Shown here: positions 1 to 9,132 of the stretch, in pieces
Layout of the letters: each line of letters opens with the position of its first letter
How positions within the stretch are numbered: position 1 is the first letter of the stretch
Virus record (IMG/VR): IMGVR_UViG_3300049789_000029
Span: 1 to 55,910 of that record
DNA from: a virus
Taxonomy: Duplodnaviria; Caudoviricetes
Direction: 5' to 3' (one strand)
Length of the DNA stretch: 55,910 bases
Position numbers and translations under genes: made by a program
Notes under the pieces: model-generated
Databases searched by the model: none
Told to the model about the DNA's origin: nothing
The model's input: the letters and a program-made list of their open reading frames with translations, nothing else

Positions 1-127
1 CGTCACCGTTGGCACCGGCCAGAACCCACTGGAAGGTGAACACGCCAGTCGTTCCCTGCACACCGAAGTTTCGGTTGGCAACGTTCTTCTGTTTTGACCA
101 GAGGAGCGTGCGCTTGCGCAAGAAGTT
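1..127. repeat. Terminal direct repeat (copy 1), identical to 55784-55910; circular assembly overlap
   Basis: Exact 127-nt identity between the two ends; it falls inside a coding gene, and 127 is a typical assembler k-mer length. Confidence 0.97.
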
Positions 128-568
128 ACTGGAGATGGCGGAGGTTGCCGGACGCAGAATCTCATTGATGACCTGATCAATGTGCTGTTCGGCGTGGGTG
201 ATGTGCATGTCTTGGTCGTAACAGATGAGGGGAGTTCCCCACGTCTGTTGTTCGGCGTAGTAGGTGAGACGATCCGCACCCCAGCCGATTTGATTCTCGG
301 TAGGATCACACGGATTGCCAGTACAGCCGGGACCGTTGGCCGTGACGCGATTCCACGTCTTGGTGGTGTTGGGCCACACAGAGCGGAAACGGTCTTGGGT
401 GATTTCAACGGGAGTCCCCATCGGAGTTGTTCCGGTGGAAACGTTGCCAAGCCATCCATCGGTGGGACGGATGTCTTCCATGATCAGTTCGTCAAACTTG
501 GGCGTCTGATCAACGAAGAATTGTCCAAAATCGCAAGAGCGGACGATTTGTCCTGTGGGACATGACAT
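128..568 (-). CDS. Major capsid protein, N-terminal 147 aa (continues across the join into 55910..54876)
   Basis: ATG at 568 reads MSCPTGQIVRSCDFGQFFVDQTPKFDELIMEDIRP..., open and in frame with the 54876..55904 ORF; lies directly downstream of the scaffold gene. Confidence 0.75.
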
Positions 569-787
569 AAATTCTAAAACGTAAACGGTTAAGTTTTTCG
601 AAACGCTTTTGTGAAACCGCCAATGCGGAACACACGTTTCGTTTGGGACGTTTTAGAAGCTACGTCTCGGAAGCGGGCGTGAGATTAAAGCTCTCAGTCG
701 GCTTTCGGTTGCTGCCACACACCAACCTACCGCAATGACAGTGATCGGCTTTTACTCCTTCGGACAGAAATCTGTCAACGAAGAAAT
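569..787 (-). promoter_or_regulatory. Structured 5' leader of the capsid gene with a possible TTGACA -35 element (773-778)
   Basis: 11-bp inverted repeat 572-582/648-658 enclosing 599-605/635-641 and 617-620/625-628; the -10 element is poor. Confidence 0.5.
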
Positions 788-2104
788 TTATTGAGGCACG
801 GCTCGCTTGCGCAATTCTTGGTGCATCCGGTCCCGGGCAGATGACGGAACTGATGGGTTTTCCGGAGGCTTGCCGCCGCCGTCTGTAGTCGGAGAACTCG
901 ATTTGATTTCGGAAAGTTCCTTCTCCAGTTCAGCGATTCGATTATCGCGCTCCTCGATCCAACTCACGAGCCTTCCGTATGCCGCTGCCCGGTTACGGAC
1001 TGCTGCTTGGCGCTTGATAATCGTCGCTCTCTGTTCCGGTGACAGATTCGGGTCTTTCGGGTTTTCTCGAAACGCCTTGTCAACCATCTCAAACCCGTTT
1101 GTAAGGCGTTGATTGCCGTCCTCGTCTCCTTCGACTTTGGAAAAATACTTGCCGTGCTTCTCATGCTTGAGCGCTTCGTCGTTGGCTGCCTGCCAAGTCG
1201 TGTTCATCTGCTCCTGAATCTCTCCAAGCTTTTTCTGGGTCATCTCGTTGTGTTGCCGTTCACGCTCCGCTCCGTTCTTTTCGGCATCCTCCAACGCTTG
1301 GGCTTGAGCTTCCCAGAGTTGCTTCAGAGTCTTGCGATGAGCCATCACGTCATTTGCAAACGGACCGAAGAATTGTTCGGCTTGTTCGCGTGCGGCTCCC
1401 AGCGGCATGTTGACCAGCGCCAGCAAATCGTCCGTGGTTGCCGGACGAGTCTGACCCTCTCCGATGATCACGGGAATTTCCTTCAACTCCGACATCGCGG
1501 CCTTCCACGCCTTCTCGTACGGCTGCTGATATTTCGTCACGAACTCCGATGACTTGGAGTAGTTGACGAATCGGATGTGGTCTTCCAGTTCCTTCGCTCT
1601 GGCTTCAGCTTTTTCGATTCGGTCAAGGAACCCCTTCTTCTCCTGTTCGGGTAGCTTCGAACTCTCCAGAAGTTTCGATTCCAGTTCAACGATCTTGGCT
1701 TTGTGCTGGTCAAGAAGCTTCCACGGACTGGCTTTCTTGTCGCCTTTGCCCGGTTCCCCGGCGGGGACAGAGCCGGGTTCTGCCGGAGGTTTCGGTTCTC
1801 CCGGCTCTGTGGAGGCATCGGGTTTCTCTGGAGTCTGGAGAGATTTGCCCGCTGAAGGTTTGTCTGATGGCTTGTCTCCGGGATTGGGTGCAGCCGGTGC
1901 TTCCGGCTCTTCTGTGATGCCGACTTTCTTGCGCAACTCCTGCCGCATCCGGTCCCGGGCCGAACCGGGCTTTGGTGGTGCCATCGGCTCAACAGCCGGT
2001 GGAATGGCGTGAATCGTCTGTTTGGATTCTGGATTTGTGGGAGCGGGTGGCTGTACTGGCGCTGATGGAGCGGGTGCAGCCGGTGCTTCAGGAGCGGCTG
2101 GCAT
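788..2104 (-). CDS. Putative capsid scaffolding protein
   Basis: Pro/Ala/Glu-rich disordered N-terminus, long coiled coils, immediately upstream of the capsid gene. Confidence 0.7.
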   Translation of the reverse strand: MPAAPEAPAAPAPSAPVQPPAPTNPESKQTIHAIPPAVEPMAPPKPGSARDRMRQELRKKVGITEEPEAPAAPNPGDKPSDKPSAGKSLQTPEKPDASTEPGEPKPPAEPGSVPAGEPGKGDKKASPWKLLDQHKAKIVELESKLLESSKLPEQEKKGFLDRIEKAEARAKELEDHIRFVNYSKSSEFVTKYQQPYEKAWKAAMSELKEIPVIIGEGQTRPATTDDLLALVNMPLGAAREQAEQFFGPFANDVMAHRKTLKQLWEAQAQALEDAEKNGAERERQHNEMTQKKLGEIQEQMNTTWQAANDEALKHEKHGKYFSKVEGDEDGNQRLTNGFEMVDKAFRENPKDPNLSPEQRATIIKRQAAVRNRAAAYGRLVSWIEERDNRIAELEKELSEIKSSSPTTDGGGKPPENPSVPSSARDRMHQELRKRAVPQ

Positions 2105-2109
2105 AAAAA

Positions 2110-2442
2110 TTAAACTCTGTGGTTGAGATTATCGGGAGTTGATCCTTCGGCCTTCACCGGCACTGGCGTGAATTCAGCAAGCTTCCTCATGCAACCGAGA
2201 AACTCATACGCTCCCTGAATCCGGTAGAATGACGCGAGCGCAATTTGAGGATTGGACGTGTCCATCTCGCAGTTCGCACGAACGTATTCCAAGAGCGCGT
2301 GATCCGTGCTCACTTGGAACTGTGGACTTGAAACCATGTCCCGATGACCGCCAATGACGCTTCCGGGCTGTGCCATGAAGCGAGTCTTGGGAGTTGGATT
2401 TACGATGATCGGTTTGAGCGGAGGAGGTGTGGTGGTTTCCAT
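2110..2442 (-). CDS. Hypothetical protein (head module)
   Basis: 110-aa ORF ending 5 nt upstream of the scaffold gene. Confidence 0.75.
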   Translation of the reverse strand: METTTPPPLKPIIVNPTPKTRFMAQPGSVIGGHRDMVSSPQFQVSTDHALLEYVRANCEMDTSNPQIALASFYRIQGAYEFLGCMRKLAEFTPVPVKAEGSTPDNLNHRV

Positions 2443-2483
2443 AATCTTTTTCGGGTTATACGAGCGTTGTCACAATCGTGCAA

Positions 2484-2897
2484 TCACAAAAGAATCTTTT
2501 TGTCACGGAGCGAGAAGATCAGTTGATCACGTTCCTCCTTCGTTGGGAGCTTGTTGATCTGCTGACACAACTCGTAACCGTTGGGTTCTGATCCAAGTGG
2601 ATTGGCCATCCACACATAGTAGTTTGTCCACTGACCTTGGTTGTGAAAGTGATCCGGTGCGCCTTCAGACGGCCCAAGAATCCGAACGGACGGTGAGCAA
2701 TGAAGGAACGGACTATCCTCCACGAAATCCCACACGGGTCCGAAGTGGCTTTCAGGTTGTGGAGTTCCCGCTCGCTTCATTGGAATGTGGGAGTGACCAA
2801 TCATCCCATCGTGCCGGGTGTACTGGAACCACATGTTGAAGATTCCCGGCTCAAGAGATTCTTGTAATACAAGAACCCCGGTGATCATGTCGCTCAT
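2484..2897 (-). CDS. Hypothetical protein
   Basis: 137-aa ORF; ATGA overlap with the upstream ORF. Confidence 0.65.
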   Translation of the reverse strand: MSDMITGVLVLQESLEPGIFNMWFQYTRHDGMIGHSHIPMKRAGTPQPESHFGPVWDFVEDSPFLHCSPSVRILGPSEGAPDHFHNQGQWTNYYVWMANPLGSEPNGYELCQQINKLPTKEERDQLIFSLRDKKILL

Positions 2898-3049
2898 AGG
2901 AACTTTGCCTTCTTCCGTTTGTCCGGCCTGATGATGCCGGATTTGCTCAATACCTGATTCTCACGGCGCTTCTTCTTCCGGACGGCGTTGTCGTAGACCG
3001 GAGTCTGATTCACCATGGCCTGAGCGAACTGGCAACCTGATCCGTTCAT
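2894..3049 (-). CDS. Small basic hypothetical protein (51 aa, not in the ORF track)
   Basis: MNGSGCQFAQAMVNQTPVYDNAVRKKKRR...; fills the gap and is coupled at both ends. Confidence 0.55.
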   Translation of the reverse strand: MNGSGCQFAQAMVNQTPVYDNAVRKKKRRENQVLSKSGIIRPDKRKKAKFL

Positions 3050-3050
3050 G

Positions 3051-3251
3051 TCAGTAGAACTTCACCTTGTTGTGTTTTATGGCCACGTTCTGATTCGCAC
3101 TCAAGCCTTTTCCTCTTGAGCGATTGGGAGCCTTTCCCTTGAACATTCTTCCAATCAACTTCTGCAACGGCTTGGCTTGGTCCCGTGTCGCATGAAATGG
3201 AGCGGTTGGCGCGGATGGAAACTGCGGAGCGGGATACTGTTCGTTGTTCAT
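3051..3251 (-). CDS. Small basic hypothetical protein
   Basis: 66 aa; ATGA overlap with the ATP-grasp stop codon. Confidence 0.6.
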   Translation of the reverse strand: MNNEQYPAPQFPSAPTAPFHATRDQAKPLQKLIGRMFKGKAPNRSRGKGLSANQNVAIKHNKVKFY

Positions 3252-4534
3252 TGTACGACGATTTCAGGTTGTGGAATGGTGTCAGCAAACTCAATCCCTT
3301 CGGCTTCTCCTACGTTAATCTCTTTGATCAGTTCGGAGAGCAGAAGCGTGTTTGCGCTCACTCCATCTGGAAGCTTACCAGCCTTGTCCAGTATGTCGTC
3401 AACGCACTCCTTCAAAGTGTTTCCAATCGACACAATCCATCCCAATCGATCTTCACGGAATTCAATCGGAGGGAAGGAGACAACGCCATCGATCTTTCCA
3501 CAGTTGGAGAGCTTGAGCCACTCCTTCATGTCGTCCGGCACGGTGATGTTTAACCAATCCTTTTTGTCGCCCTTCATCTTCACGCACACTTCCGCGCTGA
3601 ACCGTTTCTTGGGTTGGAGAGGGACGACGATTCCATTTGCCGATGACCAGATGAACTCTGGCAGATTCGACAAAAGCGCCAGCTTGGAACTTGTGCCCGG
3701 TTGAGGGAACCGGCAGCACGGGTCAATGAAGTAAGCTTTGTCCTTCGCAACGCGGAACTCTGCGGACAGGGAGTTGCAGTAGCCGGATTCTGTAAGCCGT
3801 GGAGTCAGAGCTTCCATCGCCTCTTCAATGAACGGAGGGAGTTGCTTCTTGTTCTGAACGGCGGACACGTATGCTTCGTCTTTCTTCTCGTAACCGATTT
3901 GCGTCACGTCCGGCCACTGACCGTCAACGAAGAAGGTGTCCAGTCCGACTTCAATTTCCGTTTCGATGTTGTCAAACACGAGGAACGGAATCTTCTCGCG
4001 CCACGGTCCGAACTGATGTGCTACCCCGTCAATCATTCCCTCATCCAGCTTCCAGTTGCGGAAGCATCCCGTTTCCCAGTCTCCACGGAACTTGGAGATT
4101 TTGATGTAAACGTCCTCTTTGTCTTTGAGGTAATCCCGAAGTTCGGTGACTCCGTAACGGACTTTGTGAGGAGGGACATGCAATCCGGACTCGTCCAAAA
4201 AGTTCAGAAACTTGCGCCGGTTGATTTCCAGCTTGTCGGCCGTACCGGAACCCCAGACCGGCTTTCCAATCGATTTCAGGTAACTCTGCAATCCTCCGTG
4301 TTGAATGTCCGGGAACACGAATAGATCAATCTCATCGATCAGCGGCCAGAAATCTTCACACCGCTCTACTCCACTCACGTCGGAACCGATGACGCACTTG
4401 GAGATTTGCGGGAACGACTCTTCCCAAGGCGTGTGATACAGGACGCGCTTGAACTTTCCCGCCAATGTCTGGGCCACGGGAAGGAATAGTCCGTGATCAA
4501 ATACGAGAGCGGTGATGTCGCTGGCCTCTTTCAT
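3248..4534 (-). CDS. ATP-grasp ligase, distantly PurD (GAR synthetase)-like
   Basis: GKPVWGSG..ADKLEINRRKF, VYIKISKFRG, EIEVGLD and YFIDPCCRF motifs fit the ATP-grasp layout. Confidence 0.7.
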   Translation of the reverse strand: MKEASDITALVFDHGLFLPVAQTLAGKFKRVLYHTPWEESFPQISKCVIGSDVSGVERCEDFWPLIDEIDLFVFPDIQHGGLQSYLKSIGKPVWGSGTADKLEINRRKFLNFLDESGLHVPPHKVRYGVTELRDYLKDKEDVYIKISKFRGDWETGCFRNWKLDEGMIDGVAHQFGPWREKIPFLVFDNIETEIEVGLDTFFVDGQWPDVTQIGYEKKDEAYVSAVQNKKQLPPFIEEAMEALTPRLTESGYCNSLSAEFRVAKDKAYFIDPCCRFPQPGTSSKLALLSNLPEFIWSSANGIVVPLQPKKRFSAEVCVKMKGDKKDWLNITVPDDMKEWLKLSNCGKIDGVVSFPPIEFREDRLGWIVSIGNTLKECVDDILDKAGKLPDGVSANTLLLSELIKEINVGEAEGIEFADTIPQPEIVVQ

Positions 4535-4701
4535 TGTGTCACCGGTTTGGTGTGTGTCATGCGTGATCGTTTGAGCGATTCTCTCACCGCTCGTGAGTCG
4601 AAGACCAGCATCCCGAAAACTTCAGTCTTCGTCTTCGGAATCGTCTTCTTGGTCTTCTGGGAGTCCGTCACCTTCATCGTAATCAACCCAGCCTTCAGGC
4701 A

Positions 4702-7020
4702 TCACTCCTCCATGTTGGATGCGGATGCGGATGCCCGGGCTTTGGCGATGTCAATTCCAGCTAGAGCGGTTTCGGTTGCCACCTGCAAGCGTGAACGTTC
4801 GGCCTCTTGTTGCTGTTGTTGCTCGAACTGCACCTTCCGCTGGGCAGTCTTGGCCGCGTGGCTCTTGTTGCTCTGATCGATCTTTTGCTGGCCTCTCATC
4901 TTCTCCAGTTCCAGCTTGGCCATGTCTTCAGGTTTGATGCCGTTTCCGTTCTGTTGCTGCTGTGCCTTCATCGCTTCGGCCAGCCGTTGAGTAAACGCCT
5001 TGATGAAATTGTTGAGCTTGCCGAGTTGGTCTCCCAGTTGACGCACGAGTTGTTTCTGACTCTGGTCCGGTTCCATCGCGGTCAACACCTGTTGGACATG
5101 CTGGCCCATCATGTTCAAGCCTTTCAGTTTCTCCGGTGAAACCATGCCGCCGTTCTTCTGGGCTTCTCCGATGACCATGGCCATGTCTGCCAGCAGCGCT
5201 TGAGCGTATTCTCCAAGGTTGATTCCGTCCTTCATCGCGACGGGCAATCCTTGCATCAGTGAACCCGCTGCAAGCTGTGCATCGTGGATGGAGTTGGACA
5301 CCTGTGGTTGCTCCGGCACCAGTGCTTCGGCCTTTGCCGGATCGTCTGTGATGGCTGTGGTGACATCGCGAAGGATCATTCTCTGTGCAGATGGATCGTA
5401 GAGCGGGCGGAAGTTCATCAACTGCTCTGCGACGGCCATTTCCAGAGTCTTGTTGCCAGCGCCCATGACGCGCTCCGGATGGACTTCCCATGCTTCGGGA
5501 ACGAGCAGTTTTGCTGAGACTCCCTTCTTCATGCACGCGGCTCGGAACTCGCGCACGTCCGGGTCTTTGGAGTTGGGGCGCATGAATCGCCGTTTGATTT
5601 CGGCATACTCGAAATACTGATACTGAGTCGCCTGCATGACGGCGGCAGAGAGGAGCGCCGTGCTCGCGTTGACTTCCGCCATCACTTGAAAGCGAGTCTT
5701 CTCAACGCGGTCCCGGGAGAAGTTGGCGTTCTGCGTACTGGAAGAAGCGTTCTCTGTGATCAAATTCTTGTTTTCACCAAGACCCAGTTCCACCAACTGA
5801 GAGTTCAGTTGAAACCGTTCGGCAGCCGGGACGATGGTGACTCCTTCTTCAATGAAGCCTTTGTTCGCCAGTTCCACCTTCAGAGCGTGCTGAACATCGT
5901 CGGCGCTCTTCACCCGGAAATACATCATCATCTGCTCGAACACGGCTTCGTTGAATTTACAACGAAGCCGGTTCTGGAGGTGGCAGACGGCGTACTGCAA
6001 AAAGCCAAGTGACCTGACGGAGTGGTAACGGAAAGGAGCCACGGCGGACAAATCCGCAAACTGGAACGAGAAGATATTTTGCAGACTATCCGCAAACCGA
6101 TGGTTGCCGGACGTATAGAGAAAATCGGCTTTCTTGATCTTGTCCAAGTCGCCACGGTCTGAACGGCGGGGCATGGAATATCCGTTGGCTTGAACGCCCG
6201 CGTTACCCCATGCGTCAAGGATGATTCTTCGAATCCATTTGCTCTCCTTGCCGCTGTCGTCATAGGCGTAGATGTCGAAGCAATCGATTGTCGGAAGTTG
6301 ATCACTGGCGTAGAACCCTCCATCGCTCTTCACTCGTTCCGCCGTCTTTTCCGGAGACCACACTTCCGGCCAGTTCGTCCCCATCAGTTGAGTCCCCTGC
6401 TTGTCAATGTAATCGATAACACTGTTTACGAGCTTCATGTTCCAGCCCGGGTCACGGTTCCTTGCATCGGTAAGCTTTCGAAGTTCGTATGCCGTGAACG
6501 AACGATAAGCAACGATGAACGGAAGATTGTCGAATCCAAGCAGTGTGTTTGCCGGAACCAGAGCGTCTTCAACGCCGATGCACTTGGGACACCATCTCTC
6601 CTGATCCTGCCACACTGCCGGGGAGATGCCGTGGAGAACCAGCAGGCCGAACTTTGAACGCATCGTTTCAAAGTAGTTCAGCGAGCGCTTCATGATCCTG
6701 TTCATCTCCGTGGTCACAATCGTGTTGAAAGCGTCCCGTTTATGAACTGGAGCGGCATCTGAAGTGAGAGTGAAATACTTCCCGGGCTTGAGAAAGTTTT
6801 GAGCAAACTGAGCGCGTGCATCGTGGAGGAGCCGTGTCCCCTCAAGGAAGTTCACGTTCACGTCAATCGCGTTGGTCTTTACCTCGTCCTCTGTGTAAGG
6901 TGGAAGTCCGTTGTAAAGATCGTTGAGGAGAGAGCGATTCAAGCCACGCGGGTAATCCGCCAGCTTCAGGTCATAGCAAATCGAATCGCACAACCGTGCA
7001 TCGTTCCAGTCGTAACTCAT
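4702..7020 (-). CDS. Portal protein (772 aa; likely start MSYDWNDARL at 7020, not 7638)
   Basis: Size, helical Gln-rich C-terminal barrel, position; ATG overlaps the TGA of the upstream gene (ATGA). Confidence 0.75.
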   Translation of the reverse strand: MSYDWNDARLCDSICYDLKLADYPRGLNRSLLNDLYNGLPPYTEDEVKTNAIDVNVNFLEGTRLLHDARAQFAQNFLKPGKYFTLTSDAAPVHKRDAFNTIVTTEMNRIMKRSLNYFETMRSKFGLLVLHGISPAVWQDQERWCPKCIGVEDALVPANTLLGFDNLPFIVAYRSFTAYELRKLTDARNRDPGWNMKLVNSVIDYIDKQGTQLMGTNWPEVWSPEKTAERVKSDGGFYASDQLPTIDCFDIYAYDDSGKESKWIRRIILDAWGNAGVQANGYSMPRRSDRGDLDKIKKADFLYTSGNHRFADSLQNIFSFQFADLSAVAPFRYHSVRSLGFLQYAVCHLQNRLRCKFNEAVFEQMMMYFRVKSADDVQHALKVELANKGFIEEGVTIVPAAERFQLNSQLVELGLGENKNLITENASSSTQNANFSRDRVEKTRFQVMAEVNASTALLSAAVMQATQYQYFEYAEIKRRFMRPNSKDPDVREFRAACMKKGVSAKLLVPEAWEVHPERVMGAGNKTLEMAVAEQLMNFRPLYDPSAQRMILRDVTTAITDDPAKAEALVPEQPQVSNSIHDAQLAAGSLMQGLPVAMKDGINLGEYAQALLADMAMVIGEAQKNGGMVSPEKLKGLNMMGQHVQQVLTAMEPDQSQKQLVRQLGDQLGKLNNFIKAFTQRLAEAMKAQQQQNGNGIKPEDMAKLELEKMRGQQKIDQSNKSHAAKTAQRKVQFEQQQQQEAERSRLQVATETALAGIDIAKARASASASNMEE

Positions 7021-8228
7021 ATCACTTCCAGTTTGGGAACGAAGAAAATGAACTTCCCTCCACGCTTCCGATATTCCTCCTGAGACTTGAGAACCGATTC
7101 TCGAAAGTTCCAGCAAAAGCACACAGCGTAATCCGGCTGCTGGATGAGCAACTCGTCCTCCGACACTACTGGGATGTCTGTGCCCGGACAAAGCCTGCCT
7201 TGCTTCAACTCCGTCGTGTCCGTGACGAATCGAAGTTCCTTCCGGGTGAAGACACAGGCATTGATGGCGACTGTGCTCTTGGCCGATGCGCCAAATCCCA
7301 CCACGGTCTTTCCCTCTTGGATCAACTTCTCCACGTACTGCCGAAGCTGTAAAATCTGAAACTCCGATTCGGCAGCGAACAGCTTCCACTCCTGTTGGTT
7401 CACGGTCTCCGTCTGAAGAAGCTCGTCCACGCTGATGTCCCGGATGCTGCTGTGATCGTTTCTTCGGAGCATCAACATCACTGACCCTCCGTGAATCGGA
7501 TACTTGATCACTCGATGAAGGTGGAATGCGGTGTCTGACAACATCGTGTTCATTGCCTTGACCGTCATGTAAGACAGGTGCTCGTGGTAGATCGTATCCC
7601 ACTCGTGCTTTTCCAGCATGTCCGGACAGTAGGGACACTCAATGCACACTAGAGTGTTCTGGTGAGCGATGGAATCAATCAGGGCGATGAATGAATGCCA
7701 GTTGTCAATGTGAGCAAAGACGTGGCGAGCGATTACCGTGTCAACGTGCCCAAGCAATTCCTTCGCGGAGCGTGCCGAATCGGAATCGAAAAGACTCGTG
7801 ATCGTCCGAACTGAACGCTTAGACGCCGCCGTCGCGAGGTTCTCAGCCGGGTCAATCCCGATGCACTTGTTGAACCCGTTTGTGTAGAGGAATTCCAGAA
7901 GTGAACCGTCGTTGCTGCCGATTTCAAGGACGTTTCCATGCCTGTTTTCTTCAACGATGTCTTTCGTGATTGCTGCAAAATGTCTGCGCATCGTCTCCGT
8001 TGGCGATGTCACGTAGCTGTAGTAATCGTAGAGAATGGATGGATTGACGACAACGGAAAGCTGGGCCAGCGAACAGTCTTTGCACAGGAGAACTTTCAGT
8101 GGAGCGTAACCGGAACGCTCTTCCGCTGGCTTGCGGAAGTCGTTTGCCAGTGGTTGCACTCCAAGGTCAAAGACAGGAGTGAGATTCGCGCTCCGACAGG
8201 CACGGCATTTAGAGTGGTCCGTGAACAT
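7017..8228 (-). CDS. NDP-hexose C-methyltransferase (TylCIII/EryBIII/TcaB9-type)
   Basis: Zn motif CRAC...CKDCSLAQL, DLGVQPLAN, SAM motif LEIGSNDG, DTIYHEH, IHGGS, GFGASAKS, KQGRLCPGTDIPV. Confidence 0.92.
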   Translation of the reverse strand: MFTDHSKCRACRSANLTPVFDLGVQPLANDFRKPAEERSGYAPLKVLLCKDCSLAQLSVVVNPSILYDYYSYVTSPTETMRRHFAAITKDIVEENRHGNVLEIGSNDGSLLEFLYTNGFNKCIGIDPAENLATAASKRSVRTITSLFDSDSARSAKELLGHVDTVIARHVFAHIDNWHSFIALIDSIAHQNTLVCIECPYCPDMLEKHEWDTIYHEHLSYMTVKAMNTMLSDTAFHLHRVIKYPIHGGSVMLMLRRNDHSSIRDISVDELLQTETVNQQEWKLFAAESEFQILQLRQYVEKLIQEGKTVVGFGASAKSTVAINACVFTRKELRFVTDTTELKQGRLCPGTDIPVVSEDELLIQQPDYAVCFCWNFRESVLKSQEEYRKRGGKFIFFVPKLEVI

Positions 8229-8260
8229 CTACCGGCTTTTACGCCGGGAGTTACGGTGCG

Positions 8261-9130
8261 TCAATGCTTTTCCGGAACCCAGTGCTTGAGCGATTCGAAA
8301 ATTGCGTCCTCAACTGGAGGCATGTTGAACCCGGTTGCGAGTAATTTCTCGACGCTCAACTTGCAATTACTCTTCGGAGTGCGGGCGACTGTGTTTTGAA
8401 ATTCTTCGTCGTTCCAGAACTGGAATTCCTTTCCCGGTTTCAGGACATGAGTGATCAGTTCGCACACACGACGAGAAGAAATCTGATCCTTGTTGGTGGC
8501 ATTGTAGATGCCGAACGGCGCTCTCACTCTCCAAAGGTGAAGGCACGCCTTCACGAAGTCCGAACGTCGGCTGAGTGAGTTGGTTGCCCGGACAACTTTC
8601 TCGTAGCGCATGAGCTTGGAAATGTAATTCCGGTGACAATCGAACTCATCGAACGGGAGACGAATCCGACAGATGTAGCTCATCGGATTCTTAGAGACGA
8701 TTTGCTCTGCCAGTTCTTTGCTGCCGACATACACCCCGCAATGGGTGTTGAACGAAAGCTGTGGAGTATCCTTCTCAGTCCACCCTTTTCCGCCGTTGTC
8801 TCCGAAATAAAGGCACCCCGTTGAGACGTGGAGTAGCTTGGTTCCTGTCTCCTCGCAAGCGTTGGACAGCACCGAAGGGAACACCAAATTGGTGCGTAGC
8901 GTGTCAGACTTCCTGTCCTCGCACGCATCAGCAAGACCTTTGTGGATGAACGCTGCGCAGTTGATCACCAACTCCGGTTTTAACGAACTCAGAATCCAGA
9001 AGAGATTCTTGAATTGGGTGTAATCAACGATGTCGCGAGATAGCTCCATCACTCCCAACCCTTGAGCTTTGAGTTCGCGGGAGAACGCTTGTGCGATGTA
9101 GCCCTTGGCTCCGAGTAAGATCATTCTCAT
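8261..9130 (-). CDS. NDP-4-keto-sugar reductase/epimerase (RmlD or NRS/ER-like extended SDR)
   Basis: GAKGYIA Rossmann motif, INCAA, HVSTGCLY, catalytic YVGSK, CRIRLPF. Confidence 0.85.
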   Translation of the reverse strand: MRMILLGAKGYIAQAFSRELKAQGLGVMELSRDIVDYTQFKNLFWILSSLKPELVINCAAFIHKGLADACEDRKSDTLRTNLVFPSVLSNACEETGTKLLHVSTGCLYFGDNGGKGWTEKDTPQLSFNTHCGVYVGSKELAEQIVSKNPMSYICRIRLPFDEFDCHRNYISKLMRYEKVVRATNSLSRRSDFVKACLHLWRVRAPFGIYNATNKDQISSRRVCELITHVLKPGKEFQFWNDEEFQNTVARTPKSNCKLSVEKLLATGFNMPPVEDAIFESLKHWVPEKH

Positions 9131-9132
9131 GT

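Noticed and set aside
1-127. Biological direct terminal repeat
   Set aside because: Exactly 127 nt and in the middle of the capsid gene; best explained as an assembler overlap
3248-4534. True purD auxiliary metabolic gene, or PurZ-type Z-genome pathway
   Set aside because: Only the general ATP-grasp motifs are visible; no PurA/PurZ motifs, dATPase or DNA polymerase were seen
4622-4624. Genome-wide TGA or TAG recoding
   Set aside because: Genes are intact under the standard code and TGA is used throughout as a coupled stop
7021-7638. 206-aa N-terminal extension of the portal ORF
   Set aside because: Out-of-frame shadow of the C-methyltransferase; a coupled ATG exists at 7020
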